Shown one piece after another: positions 26,531 to 39,681 of a stretch of DNA of 64,000 bases. The position numbers and the translations under genes were made by a program. Under the pieces are notes generated by a model. It had not been told where the DNA came from and ran no database searches. It saw nothing but the letters and a program-made list of their open reading frames with translations. The first letter of the stretch is position 1, and every line of letters begins with the position of its first letter. The stretch covers positions 41,230,001 through 41,294,000 of the forward strand of contig NC_043007.1 of the NCBI RefSeq assembly GCF_006345805.1. The letters are read 5' to 3'. Source of the DNA: Octopus sinensis (taxonomy: Eukaryota).

Positions 26531-29430
26531 GCCACAAAAGAAGCTGGATACTCACCCAAACCCGCCCAAACAGGAGTACCACCACCCAAACAAACCCTGT
26601 GGATAAATAACATCCAAAACAAAATTTTAAAAAATTAGAAAAGACCTGTCGATTCTTAATGAAATCAGCAAACAATCAACGCTACTGAGCAACAAAAATA
26701 CTCCGCAAATATAACATCACAGAGAAAGATTTGCCTGAGATAAAACAAAAGCTGAAGCAAGATATCCTTGCCAGAGCACAAAGGATCCGCCGGTACGAGA
26801 AACGCCAACGCTTCTTTGAACAAAACAAAAAGTTCAACTCCAACCCCAAAAAGTTCTACCAAGAACTGGGCAAAAATAAAATAGAAGTCACTGCAGCACC
26901 AACGGCAGAAGAATTGGAAGAATTCTGGAGAGAAATATGGTCGGCGAACGAACAACCAAAAAAAAGGAGTATCAAAATAACAAACTCGGCATCTGAACAA
27001 CTTTGGACCCCCATAACAACTGAAGAGGTCACCCAGGCACTGCAAAGACTAAGCAACTGGAAGGCACCTGGGCATGACTAGATCCCCAACTTCTGGTTGA
27101 AATATCTAACAGGAATGCACAAATAGCTGGCTGAAAACTTTAACAACATACTAGCAGAGCCAGAGACAATGCCTGAATGGCTCACGAAGGGGAAAACCAT
27201 CTTAATTCCCAAATCAAATGAAACAGAAAAACCAGAAAACTACAGACCAATAACCTGCCTCCCTACTATGTTCAAGGCATTTACTGCAGTGATATCGCAA
27301 AGGCTGAACAAGCACCTGGACGAAAACAAACTGTTCCCAGAAGAGCAGAAAGGATGCCGCAAAGGCTCATATGGCTGTAAAGATCAACTAATGATTAATA
27401 AAGCCATAACTGAAGACAGCCACAGAAAGAAGAAAGGCCTCAGTATGGCCTGGATTGACTACAAAAAGGCGTTTGATAGCATCCCCCACACATGGATCCT
27501 CGAAACACTAGCCATTAACAAAGTAGCACCAACAATCATAAAATTCATAGAGCACTCTATGAATAAATGGCAAACAGTCCTACACCTCCAAACAAAAGAG
27601 GGACTCATGAAAACCAAAGACATCCCCATTAGAAGAGGAATATTCCAGGGAGACACACTCTCTCCACTCCTTTTCTGCTTGGCACTGTCACCTCTATCTG
27701 ATATACTAAATAGAACTGGATGCAAATATAAATGTTACGGCAAAACGATCAGCCACCTTTTATATATGGATGACCTAAAACTATACGCTGCAAATGACAA
27801 ACAGCTGGAAACACTATTAAAGACAGTTCATGGATTTACCAAAGAAATAGATATGAAATTTGGATTAGAAAAATGCGCCAAAGTAACCATGAAAAGAGGA
27901 AAACTAGTTAAGAGTAACAACATCACACTAGATAAAACCAACGAAATAAAAGAATAAGACCAAAGCCAAACTTACAAATACTTAGAAATCCATGAACTAG
28001 ATAAGACACAACACACACAAATGAAAGAGAAAATAAAAAAAGAATATTATAGACGAGTTAGATCAATACTAAAAACAGAGCTCAATGCTAAAAACAAGAT
28101 AATAGGTATCAACACTTTAGCTGTCCCAGTTATAAGTTACAGCTACAATATCCTTAACTGGACACGAAATGAACTGACCAAAATAGATAGGAAAACAAGA
28201 AAAATAATGACAGGATCTAGGATGCATCACCCAAAATCTGACATAGAAAAACTATATATACAACGTATAGAAGGTGGTAGAGGCCTTATACAGCTGGAAA
28301 ACTACTATAAAATAACCACCATAGGACTGCAAAAATATCTACTTCAGAAGGAAGGAAAACTGATCCAGATAGCGGCAAAACACGAGCAAAACAAAAAACT
28401 GTTCTCAGTATTTAAGGAAGCTGACAAATACAAACAAGAAATCATACCACCTAATAAACAAGAAGAAGAAGAAGAAGAAGAAGAAGAAGGTGAAGAAACA
28501 ACAAAAGCTATAAAACAAATGAAATCCAAACTAAAAATAGAACAGCAACGAACCATGATAAAACGATGGCAAGAAAAGCCCCTTCATGGTAAATACTGCA
28601 CTAAACTAAACGCAAAAGAAATAGACAAAGAAAAATCCCAGCAATGGTTGAGAAGCTCAGGACTCAAAGCAGAAACAGAGGGATTTTTAATTGCAGCACA
28701 AGACCAAGGCCTCCCCACCAGAAATTACCAAAAACATGTAATGAAAAGAAATATTACAAGTAACTGCAGAATATGTGGAGATGGACAAGAAACAATAAAT
28801 CATATTATCTCTAGCTGCCCAGTCCTGGCTAAGAAGGAATATATTCACAGACATGACAGAGTTGGAACCTACATACATTGGAAGCTATGCCAACATTATG
28901 GAATAACAACAGAAAAAAGATGGTATAGGCACACACCAGAAAAGGTCACAGAAAACGAGAAAGCAACCATACTCTGGGATATGCCGATACACACAGATAG
29001 AGAAATTAAGGCCAACAGACCAGATATAGTTGTCAGAGATCATGAAGAAAAAAAATGCTTTCTAATTGATGTATCAATACCGGCAGATGACAACGTGTCT
29101 CTAAAAGAAATGGAGAAACTCTCAAAATACAAAGACCTGGAAATAGAGGTAACTAGAATGTGGAATCTGAAAACAGAAACAATTCCTATCATAGTAGGTG
29201 CATTAGCATGATAAAAAATATTCAGACAAATACATAACAAAAACACCAGGACTTACAAACACATATAACATACAGAAAATTGCACTACTAGGCACTGCAC
29301 ACATCCTACGCAGAACACTTTCCATACAATAACCATCAGAGCATCACAACAAATCACAGCACATACCCAAGGCACACAGAGCTGCGCTCGGTAGTGAAGT
29401 GAAAGCACGCTATAAAAATAAAACTATTGC
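26527..29430 (+). mobile_element. R4/Dong-clade retrotransposon copy B (same family as A), longer, with stops and frameshifts
   Basis: pre-RT region (AQRIRRYEKRQ), RT motifs (WIDYKKAFDS, GIFQGD, LLYMDD), CCHC, RLE, same 3' UTR as A; (TAA)n on both sides. Confidence 0.92.
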
Positions 29431-29485
<55 letters not shown>

Positions 29486-29505
29486 TAATAATAATAATAA
29501 TAATG

Positions 29506-29536
<31 letters not shown>

Positions 29537-29855
29537 AAAATTCGACCTGCTTTCAGGAAATGACCATATTCTATTAGATATAAAAGAAACTGAATTAGCC
29601 ACTAAGTGCAGTGATGATGATTAATACCTTCCAGTTAATGACAAGCTGAATACCGGGATACCTGGATCTAATGCATACACATTTGACTCACAATGGATAT
29701 TCTATATATTCAGTCCACAAATATCACATTAAAAATATCAATGCTTAAATGTAGATATATGTATATGTATGTGTGTACGTATGTATATATACTCACACAT
29801 ATATATATATCTGTGTGTTACTGTGTATATGTCTATAGTCATCTATGTATGTCAT

Positions 29856-29889
<34 letters not shown>

Positions 29890-30924
29890 TCCGTGAAAGT
29901 TAGAGGTTGTGAATCCAACCAACTAAGGGATAGTACCTATCCAATATACTGCTTGTAGAGTACCCAATTCTTGATAATACTCAAGTGCTGGTTATTGTGT
30001 GGTAATTTCACAATCGAGTGTAATAAATGGGTGAGAGTAAAAAGTTGTTTACCCTTTATATGGCAAAAAGACAATGAAGGGGATACAGAAATGACATATA
30101 TCAACTGTTAGACATTCTATTATGTCTATTTATTCATTCTAAAACATTTGTTCTAAAACACCATACCTTGACCACCACATGGTGCCATACTCTCTTTAGC
30201 TGCCATTATAAATATAAATATAAACTTTCACCTCTGAAACACAGACCATACTCTCAAACCCACAACTGTAAACTTATCATGTATTTATATGTAGGCAGAA
30301 TATGAACCACTGCCTGAATCCACCTTCCCTAAAAAACTCATCCTAAGAATGACTATACCCATCGATTTACCATCGGACAAAATAACATGAACTTTGGAAA
30401 GCAACATATGAAATCTATATATGTCTATACATATATATTTTTTTCTTCCCTTTCATATACTAAGTTGTACCCCTCTCATGCTATACTGTTTTCTCCTATT
30501 TTGCTCCTGTTCTTCTTATGCCCTCTTCTATAAGAATAATATACTGTACCTATTGGTAACTGATTCTTATGTATATGTGTGTGTGTTTGTATGTGTGTGT
30601 GTATATATATATGTGTGTGTGTGCATGTGTGTGTGCATGTGTGTGTGCATGTGTGTGTGTGTGTGTGTGTATATATATTAAGACTGAAGACTGCTATAAT
30701 GCAAGAAAGTATACTAGTCCCTTAATATTTTATATTCAATATTTCATCTATTCAATACGACAATCAATACTTCATTTCATTTTACTATATATATATATTA
30801 TTTATACTATATATTCTATATTCTACATTAATATTATAAAGAATATAAATAAAACATAAAAAACAGACAGAGTTGGAATTTCTTTGAATAATATATATCC
30901 CTCTATACACAATAATACTAACCC

Positions 30925-30967
<43 letters not shown>

Positions 30968-31299
30968 TGCATTGGCCCTCTTAACCTTTTAGACCCTCAT
31001 TTTGACCCTCTGATGAAGCCTTGAGGCACATTCAATACTCAAATTTTATCTACCAATCCCTACAGAACACTGAAGAGATGGAAGTGACATGGAGGGTATA
31101 GTGGCCTCTTGGCAGAAACGGCCATAAGGAACTGTTCTTTTACTCTTTTATGTATTACTAGTACATATGTCTGTAATACACAGTCTTTGCATATGTATGT
31201 ATTCTTACAAATGTTTTAGAATAAATAAATAGACATAATAGAATGTCTAACAGTTGATATATGTCATTTCTGTATCCCCTCCATTTTCTTTTTACAGTA

Positions 31300-31367
<68 letters not shown>

Positions 31368-31478
31368 ATATTGATATTGATATATATTGATATATTGCAT
31401 ATCATTCCTATTCTTAAAATTCACACTTTCTTTTTTTTTTTTCTCAAACATGAAACTTCTGATATGCATCAACTGCAG

Positions 31479-31611
31479 CTTTTATGGAGCTGTGCAAATT
31501 ATTTCTATGGTACCAACTGCAATACATTCTGTGATGCAACAAAACACCAGCTGTTCTCTTGTGATAAGGCAGGAAATAAAGTCTGTCAACTTGGCACTGT
31601 AAATGAATACT
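31479..31611 (+). CDS. Exon: DSL domain
   Basis: first AG after poly-T (ctgcag|)...|gtaagt; LLWSCANYFYGTNCNTFCDATKHQLFSCDKAGNKVCQLGTVNEY(C); six Cys spaced 8-3-9-7-8. Confidence 0.85.
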
Positions 31612-32390
31612 GTAAGTACCATTTCTACTTCAGCTACTGTTTTGGACTTAAATCCTTCATCAGAAAAAAATGAAAGCAAAGAAGAAAGGGAACAGTAGCT
31701 TTTGCCGGTTTGAGAACGTATTAATTTAAAATTAAAATTAAAATGAGGGTGAAAAATTGGATATTAATTTGATAACATCAATTTAACACCAGTGGTCTAG
31801 GATATTAAAAAACTGAGGTTCAGTAAATAGTATTACATGCATATAAGAGGGATTACCACTGAAGATCTACAGATAAATTGCGTAAGTAAAATTATGTAAT
31901 TTGTTAATAGTGAAACATTGTTTATGATTAATCTATACTTTTGTTTCTTTTCATTTGTGTTGCTCACTTACATTTCTGGTGTTTGCTAAATTTTTCTAGA
32001 GAACAATTCTTAGTGGTAAGACAATAGCGGATCTACTTCTAGCATTAGGGTGTCCACATAGTGGTAATCCCACTTATATGTATGTAATACTATTTACTGA
32101 ACCTCGGTTTTTCAATATGCTAGACCACTGGTGTTAAATTGATGTTATCAAATTAATATCCAATTTTTCACCCTCATTTTAATTTTAATTTTAATTTTAA
32201 ATTAATACATTCTCAAACTGGCAAAAGCTACTGCAGTAAATTATTTTATGCCGTATTATTTCCAGTAATTTAGCATGCCAAAACGAGGGCTTATGAAAAA
32301 TAACCACAAGTGTAATAGGTAGAACTACATACATATTCGACCTCGTATGGATGTCTGGTGTGTAGTTCTTCAAATTATATTTGTATGGAC

Positions 32391-32468
32391 GATCATACTG
32401 AAGATCTACAGATAAATTGCATAAGTAAAATTACGTAATTTGTTAATAGTGAAACATTGTTTATGATT
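32391..32468 (+). ncRNA. Type I hammerhead ribozyme-like motif (array unit 2)
   Basis: GAUCAUA-CUGAAGA-[extended stem II]-GAAAC-AUU-GUU-UAUGAUU; predicted cleavage after 32461; folded by eye. Confidence 0.65.
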
Positions 32469-32926
32469 AATCTATACTTTTGTTTCTTTTCATTTGTGTT
32501 GCTCACTTACATTTCTGGTGTTTGCTAAATTTTTCTAGAGAACAATTCTTAGTGGTAAGACAATAGCGGATCTACTTCTAGCATTAGGGTGTCCACATAG
32601 TGGTAATCCCACTTATATGTATGTAATACTATTTACTGAACCTCGGTTTTTCAATATGCTAGACCACTGGTGTTAAATTGATGTTATCAAATTAATATCC
32701 AATTTTTCACCCTCATTTTAATTTTAATTTTATTTTAAATTAATACATTCTCAAACTGGCAAAAGCTACTGCAGTAAATATTTTATGCCGTATTATTTCC
32801 AGTAATTTAGCATGCCAAAACGAGGGCTTATGAAAAATAACCACAAGTGTAATAGTAGAACTACATACATATTCGACCTCGTATGGATGTCTGGTGTGTA
32901 GTTCTTCAAATTATATTTGTATGGAC

Positions 32927-33004
32927 GATCATACTGAAGATCTACAGATAAATTGCATAAGTAAAATTACGTAATTTGTTAATAGTGAAACATTGTTTAT
33001 GATT
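32927..33004 (+). ncRNA. Type I hammerhead ribozyme-like motif (array unit 3)
   Basis: Same motif as unit 2; predicted cleavage after 32997. Confidence 0.65.
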
Positions 33005-33251
33005 AATCTATATTTTTGTTTCTTTTCATTTGTGTTGCTCACTTACATTTCTGGTGTTTGCTAAATTTTTCTAGAGAACAATTCTTAGTGGTAAGACAAT
33101 AGCGGATCTACTTCTAGCATTAGGGTGTCCACATAGTGGTAATCCCACTTATATGCATGTAATACTATTTACTGAACCTCAGTTTTTTAATACGCTAGAC
33201 CACTGGTGTTAAATTGATGTTATCAAATTAATATCCAATTTTTCACCCTCA

Positions 33252-33293
<42 letters not shown>

Positions 33294-33300
33294 ATATGTA

Positions 33301-33335
<35 letters not shown>

Positions 33336-33379
33336 CATGTGTGTGTGTGTGTGTGTGTGTCTGTGTGTGTGTGTGTGTG

Positions 33380-34495
33380 TTGGATCATCCTATAAATAAT
33401 GTGGTTTTTTCAATTGCATAAACTAAATGTCGGAGGAGGACAGGATAAACTACCTGCATCAGTTTACTATAAAAGCAGGTAGTCAGTTTACCTTGTCCTT
33501 ACTCTTAGTGCAAGTTTTGAAGAGTGCAGTTCGATTTTAACAGTTATTTTTTCAAAGCTATAATGGAACTGGCAAAGGAGCATATTCGGCATGTTTTGCT
33601 TCATGAGTTCAATAAAGGCAACAACGCAACATAAAGTGCAAAGTATATTAATGCAGTATATGGAGATCAGTGTAAACCAATGTCAATGGTGGATCCAGAA
33701 ATTCTGAGCTAGAAACTACAGCCTAGAAGATGAGCCTTGTCTTGGAAGATCTGTAGAGCTCAACAAGGATATCCTGCAAACCCTGGTGGGACAAACTCTC
33801 ATCATAACTGTAGAAGAACTAGCAGAGAAGCTTGGATTTGGTCATTCAACCATTCATTGACACCTGCGTGCCATCGGAAAAGTCAACAAATTAGATCAAT
33901 GAGTTCTCCACAAACTTTCTGAGTCTAATAGTACACAGAGAGTGAATGTGTGTTCTCCTTTGTTGTCATGTCTTATGAATAAACGTTTTTTGGACCAAAT
34001 AGTGACTGGTGAGGAGAAATGGGTTCTCTATAAAAGTGTCAAGTGCCGATGACAGTGGGTAAGGAAAGGAGAAACACTGGCACCCCAGGCTAAGGGAGGC
34101 CTTCACCCACGTAGAATGTTGTTATCTGTTTGGTGGAACATGAAAGGTTTAGTCCATTTTGTACTTTTAAACTGTAACCAAATGATAACAAAAGAGATTT
34201 ACTGCAAGCAGCTTCAGCGACTTAAGTCAGTGCTAGAAGTAAAACAACTGTCTTTGGTTTCTGACAAAAGGTGTTCTTCTATCAGGTTAATGTTCAGTCA
34301 CATACACCGAGAATGACATTTCAAAGGCTAAAGCAATTAGAATGGGAAACAATGCCCCACCCACCATATTCGCTGGACACTGTCCCATCTGATTGTCATT
34401 TATTCCGCAGTCTTCAAAATCATTTGGAAGGAAAAAATATGAATTCTGTATATGAGGTCAGAACAGTACTGGAGGAGTATTTTTCATCATAGACA
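33380..34495 (+). mobile_element. Second copy of the same mariner family, 3' truncated
   Basis: 5' TIR ttggatcatcctataaataatg; HPPYSLDTVPSDCHLF; colinear with 8449-9600. Confidence 0.85.
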
Positions 34496-35062
34496 GGTGG
34501 GGAATATATACACCTTAGAAACTGGAAAACTGGCCCTATGAGTCTATATGACTCATGAAGGAACCTTTTACTACATATACATGTGTATATGGTGGTGGTG
34601 GTGATAATGTTGTTGGTGGTGGTGATAATGTTGGTGCTGGTGGTTTCTAAGATGTCTTATTGCTGTTAGTGGTAGTCAATTCATGCGGTAGTGATCTTAA
34701 GCTTAATATGTATGAAAGTGTATGTGTTTTTCTATATATGTACGGATAGGCCTGTGTGCTGAGGAATTGGTAAATAGGAGTGTTTTCATAAAGAAATAAA
34801 CTTGTTCTTGTCAGGCATCTATTTATATTCCTTAAAAACTAATTTGGCTAAAACAGATGGTAAAATACACATATATCTTTGCCAGGTGTAAAACGGCATA
34901 CCGACATTACTAGAACTATAATTGAGGGACAAGCATGATAATGTTGTGTTGTCTACCTGTTCACCTGTTTGACTGGTGGCTTTATTTGGACAGGTATAAA
35001 CAAACATGAACATATACAAACACCACTTACATTCAAACATATACAGACATGTATGTGTGTGT

Positions 35063-35100
<38 letters not shown>

Positions 35101-35102
35101 AA

Positions 35103-35155
<53 letters not shown>

Positions 35156-36954
35156 CTGACAGGCAGACAGGCAACAGACATTATATACATAGAAATATAT
35201 AGATACATATGCATACAAATATAGACATATTCTTACATACATATAGACATGAGTATATAGACACAAATAGATGTATACTTTCATAAATATATATTGAATA
35301 TATACATCATGACAAATAGACATCATACACATACATACATTATACACACACACATACATACATACATACATACATACATACATACATACATACATACATA
35401 CATACATACATACATACATACATACATGATGGTTGTCTACTCATTAGCTGAGCTTGACCATCATTGACAGGTTGACTTGTAACTGATTGTTCCTATGAAT
35501 ATGAGATTGATCAAGATTCAGGAAACCAGTGAGAATCTTACTGAATTTGCCACAAAGACTGCAAACTGAATCCATTTTCTTCGGCCTGATGGTTAAGCCT
35601 GTCAGGTGGAGTGTGATGGATTTTCAAATATCTTGTCTAACAGACTTTGCCACATACATCACAGGTAAGCAGGTCTGCAATAATGATTTGAGCATAATCT
35701 GTTGGTGAGTGGTCTATGGAGACACCTGAGGTGGCTTTGGAGTCCTGCATTTGACAAACGTATTCAGCCACACTCATAGCAAGCAAATATATATGCCACT
35801 AATGTGAATATTTCAAAGATTAAGAAGATAACTATGGACAACTGCTTCAAAACTTCCAGCTTCTATATCTAGATTACAGATTTACATTCATACCAATAAT
35901 AATTGGGATTTTAAGGCAGCGAGCTGGCAGAATCGTTAGCACACCAGGCAAAATGCTCAGCGGTATTTCATCTGCCGTTATGTTCTGGGTTCAAATTCCG
36001 CCGAGGTCGACTTTGCCTTTCATCTTTTCAGGGTCGATTAAATAAGTACCAGTTACACACTGGGATCAATATAATCAACTTAATCTGTTTGTCTGTCCTC
36101 GCTTGTCCTCTCTGTGTTTAGCCCCTTGTGGGTAGTAAAGAAATAGGTATTTCGTCTGCCATTACGTTCTGAGTTCAAATTCCGCCGAAGTCAACTTTGC
36201 CTTTCATCCTTTCGGGGTCGATAAATTAAGTACCAGTTATGCACTGGGGTCGATGTAATCGACTTAATCTGTCTGTCTGTCCTTGTTTGTCCCCTCTATG
36301 TTTAGCTCCTTGTGGGCAATAAAGAAATAATAATTGTGGTACTTGTTTTAGTAAGTAAATGCTTGTCAGTCTGGATGCACATGCAAACATGCAAGCAAAG
36401 ACAAGTATATTTTCATATATACACTCACACACACTCAAAAAGCATATGCACACATACTCACACATAGATAGTGATTCACATACATCCAGGGACAAATCAT
36501 TATCATCATTCTTTAACGTCCGTTTTTCATGCTGGCATGGGTTGTATGGTTTGGCCAGAGCTGGAAAGCTGCACCAGGTTCCAGTCTGATTTCATTTGGT
36601 TTCTATGGCTGAATGACCTTCCTAACACTGACCAGTTTACAGTGTGTGCAGGGTGATTTTAATGTGCCACTGGCGCAAGTGCTCTCACATGGCACTGACA
36701 TGAGTGCTTTTTATGTGGCCCTAGTACAGGTCTCTTTCAGACAATTGTTCTTCGTCCAGAGGAGCCTCATTGACTCTTCTGCTGTGGAGGACAGGTCTCA
36801 CACACAACACACTCATACACACACACACATTCATAAACTTCATGCTTATATAGATATACAATTATGTACACACACCTACATTATGCATCATGTCCTGTTT
36901 TAATTTCTATGAAGATGTGTGTTTCTAATTAGTGTTTGTGCATGTGTAGGTGTG

Positions 36955-38160
36955 TGTGTATGTGTATATGTGCTATGTGTGTACGATAAGCAAGCCTCTT
37001 GTATAAATGTGTGTGTGTGAGTGTGTGTGTGTGTCTGTGTGTGTGTCTATGTGAGTGTGTGTGTGCATGTGTGTGCATGCATGTCAGCATGTGTATGTGT
37101 GTGTATGTGTATATGTGCTATGTGTGTACGATAAGCAAGCCTCTTGTATAAATGTGTGTGTGTGAGTGTGTGTGTGTCTGTGTGTGTGTCTGTGTGAGTG
37201 TGTGTGTGTGTGCATGTGTGTGCATGCATGTCAGCATGTGTATGTGTATGTATGTGTATATGTGCTATGTGTGTACGATAAGCAAGCCTCTTGTATAAAT
37301 GTGTGTGTGTGAGTGTGTGTGTGTGTGTGTGTGTGCGTATGTGCACATGCATGTTAGTAGGTGTTCATGTCTGAGTGAGCATGAATGTGTATGAGAGAGT
37401 GTGTGTATGTGTGTTTGGGAATAAGTGTGTGTGCTTTGTGTATATGTGGGAGCATGTGTATATATTTGTTGATGTGTGTGTTTGTGAGTGAGCATCAATG
37501 AGTATGTGTGTATTTGTGAGTGAGTGTGTGTGTATGTGTGTATTTGTGAGTGAGTGTGTGTGTATGTGCTTGTGTGTGTGTGTGGATGTGTAATTCGGTT
37601 ATGTAGGTAAGTATTCTGGAATGTTCTTTGAAACCTGGATGAACAACTTACAATAATTTTGTTAATATTGACAGAGCCATTCAAAGAAATGTTGGACTGT
37701 GGACTGTCATCTACACAGGTTTGTATGTACACATATCCACACAGACATAGACACACTCATACACCCCCCACACACACATACCACATACTCTACACACACA
37801 TACATGCATATACACACACCACACAAACACACACACATATACACTCACCACACAAATACTCACACACACATACATGCACACCAATACATATACCACACAC
37901 ATACACACACAAATACTCACACACATATACACTCACCACACAAATACTCACACACATACATACACACCAATACATACACCATACACATACACACATACAC
38001 ACACACACACATATACACTCACCACACAAATACTCACACACATACATACACACCAATACATACACCATACACATACACACATATACACTCACCACACAAA
38101 TACTCACACACATACATACACACCAATACATACACCATACACACTCACATACACACATAG
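36955..38160. repeat. Microsatellite-derived minisatellites: 3x unit containing gtacgataagcaagcctcttgtataaat, and about 4x unit containing atacactcaccacacaaatactcac
   Basis: Direct reading. Confidence 0.85.
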
Positions 38161-38723
38161 ACACACACACGATGTATACATTCATGTGTTCATTTATTTT
38201 TACATCTATTTTCCATGCAAGGATTTTAGGGATGTTATTTTTCAACTTGATGTGCTCCCTGTTGCTAGCTCTATTTTTTTAAAATAAGGGACCACCTGTG
38301 TCACAGATATACGAAGCGGCAAGACCAGCAGATCATTCACTTGATTGAAAAATTGGCAACAACACCAGTTTGTGGCTCATGATTTTCCAAGAAGCACAAC
38401 TGTAAACAAAAACACAGTGGAGGCATGTGGCTTAGTGGTTAGGGTGTCAGCATCATGATCGTAAGATTGTGGTTTCCATTCCTGGACCGGGCAATTCGTT
38501 GTGTTCTTGAGCAAAACACTTCAATTCACATTGCTCCAGTCCACTCAGCTGGCAAAAATGAGTAACACTGCGATGGACTAGTGTCCCATCCAGCTGGGGA
38601 ACACATGCCATGGAAACCGAGAGGGGGTATATATATATGTGTGTGTGTGTGTGTGTAATTATAAAATGTATGTATTTGTTTGTATATGTTTAATTTTGGC
38701 GAAACTTTATTATTTCAATAAAG

Positions 38724-38767
<44 letters not shown>

Positions 38768-39612
38768 GTATGTATTATGTATGTATTTATATACATGTAT
38801 GTATATATTAAAGAAAGCAAAAAATTAAAAATTGATAAAGGCAAAAGTCTAAATGGATGAAGATGTCTAAAAGAATTCAGTACTCAGTATTTTGGCTACA
38901 AAGTTCAACTATGTATATGTAACTTTATTTTGTGGGGAATTGTATACATACACACATGTGTGTGTGTGTGTGTGTGTATGTGTGTGTGTGTGTGTGTAGG
39001 AGAGGTGAGATAAAGTTTCTTCTCTCTTGTTCAAAAGAGAAAATCTCTTTGCAATGGCATTCAGGTTTTGGACAAGCACAAACACACAGCCACACACACA
39101 CACACACAAACACACACACGGGGCTATAGTAGGAGACATTTGGTGGCACACACTGATGCTAAATCCAGAAACATATAGCTAAGAAACAAAGTTCTTGCCA
39201 CACAGACAGAACTGTGTCTTACAACAGAATTTATAGAAAAAAATAATTGCTAGTATACAACCATCACTTGCAAGTGAAGTCGTAGGATGTCGTTGAGATC
39301 ATTGTGAGTTTGTATTTATTGGAGTATCGTGTTTAGTGGAGTAATTTGAAGTGTGTCATGTGAAGACAGTTGTGTTTATTCGAACAGGTGGTTTCAGATA
39401 TATTGGCATGGAAAGTGTAAATCTTACCAACCATGGCTCACTCCATGGCTCAACTCATGGGCATGGTTCACTCCATGGCTCACTTTGGTTCATGCTACAG
39501 CTTGTCCTATCCAGAGCAAAGCTCAGGATGTTATCATTCTCAGGATCGCAGTAACACAGAAAAGTTCTTTGTCATGTCAACCTAACTTCCGTCCATTTTA
39601 TTCTCTTCACAG

Positions 39613-39681
39613 GTCCATCTCCAGAAATACTAGAATTTTCCAAGGCAAGAGTCCGAAGACAATCTGATTCCTCCCCTAAAC
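39613..39681 (+). CDS. Mini-exon: last DSL Cys plus linker with RVRR
   Basis: ctcttcacag|GT completes the TGT codon split from the DSL exon; (C)PSPEILEFSKARVRRQSDSSPK; donor gtaagc; phase 1->1. Confidence 0.7.

Larger units (their letters stand above)
31694..33258 (+). repeat. Tandem array of ~536-539-bp units (about 2.6 copies) preceded by an inverted partial unit
   Basis: ctgaagatctacag recurs at 31859, 32398 and 32934; 31694-31860 is the reverse complement of about 32060-32230. Confidence 0.95.

Noticed and set aside
31859-33258. CRISPR-like reading of the tandem array
   Set aside because: Eukaryotic context, ~540-bp units with no repeat-spacer alternation, no cas genes.
39351-39667. Overlapping ORFs with HGS/PWL repeats upstream of the linker exon
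   Set aside because: Explained by a short tandem ccatggctcact repeat; no domain similarity and no fitting splice sites.
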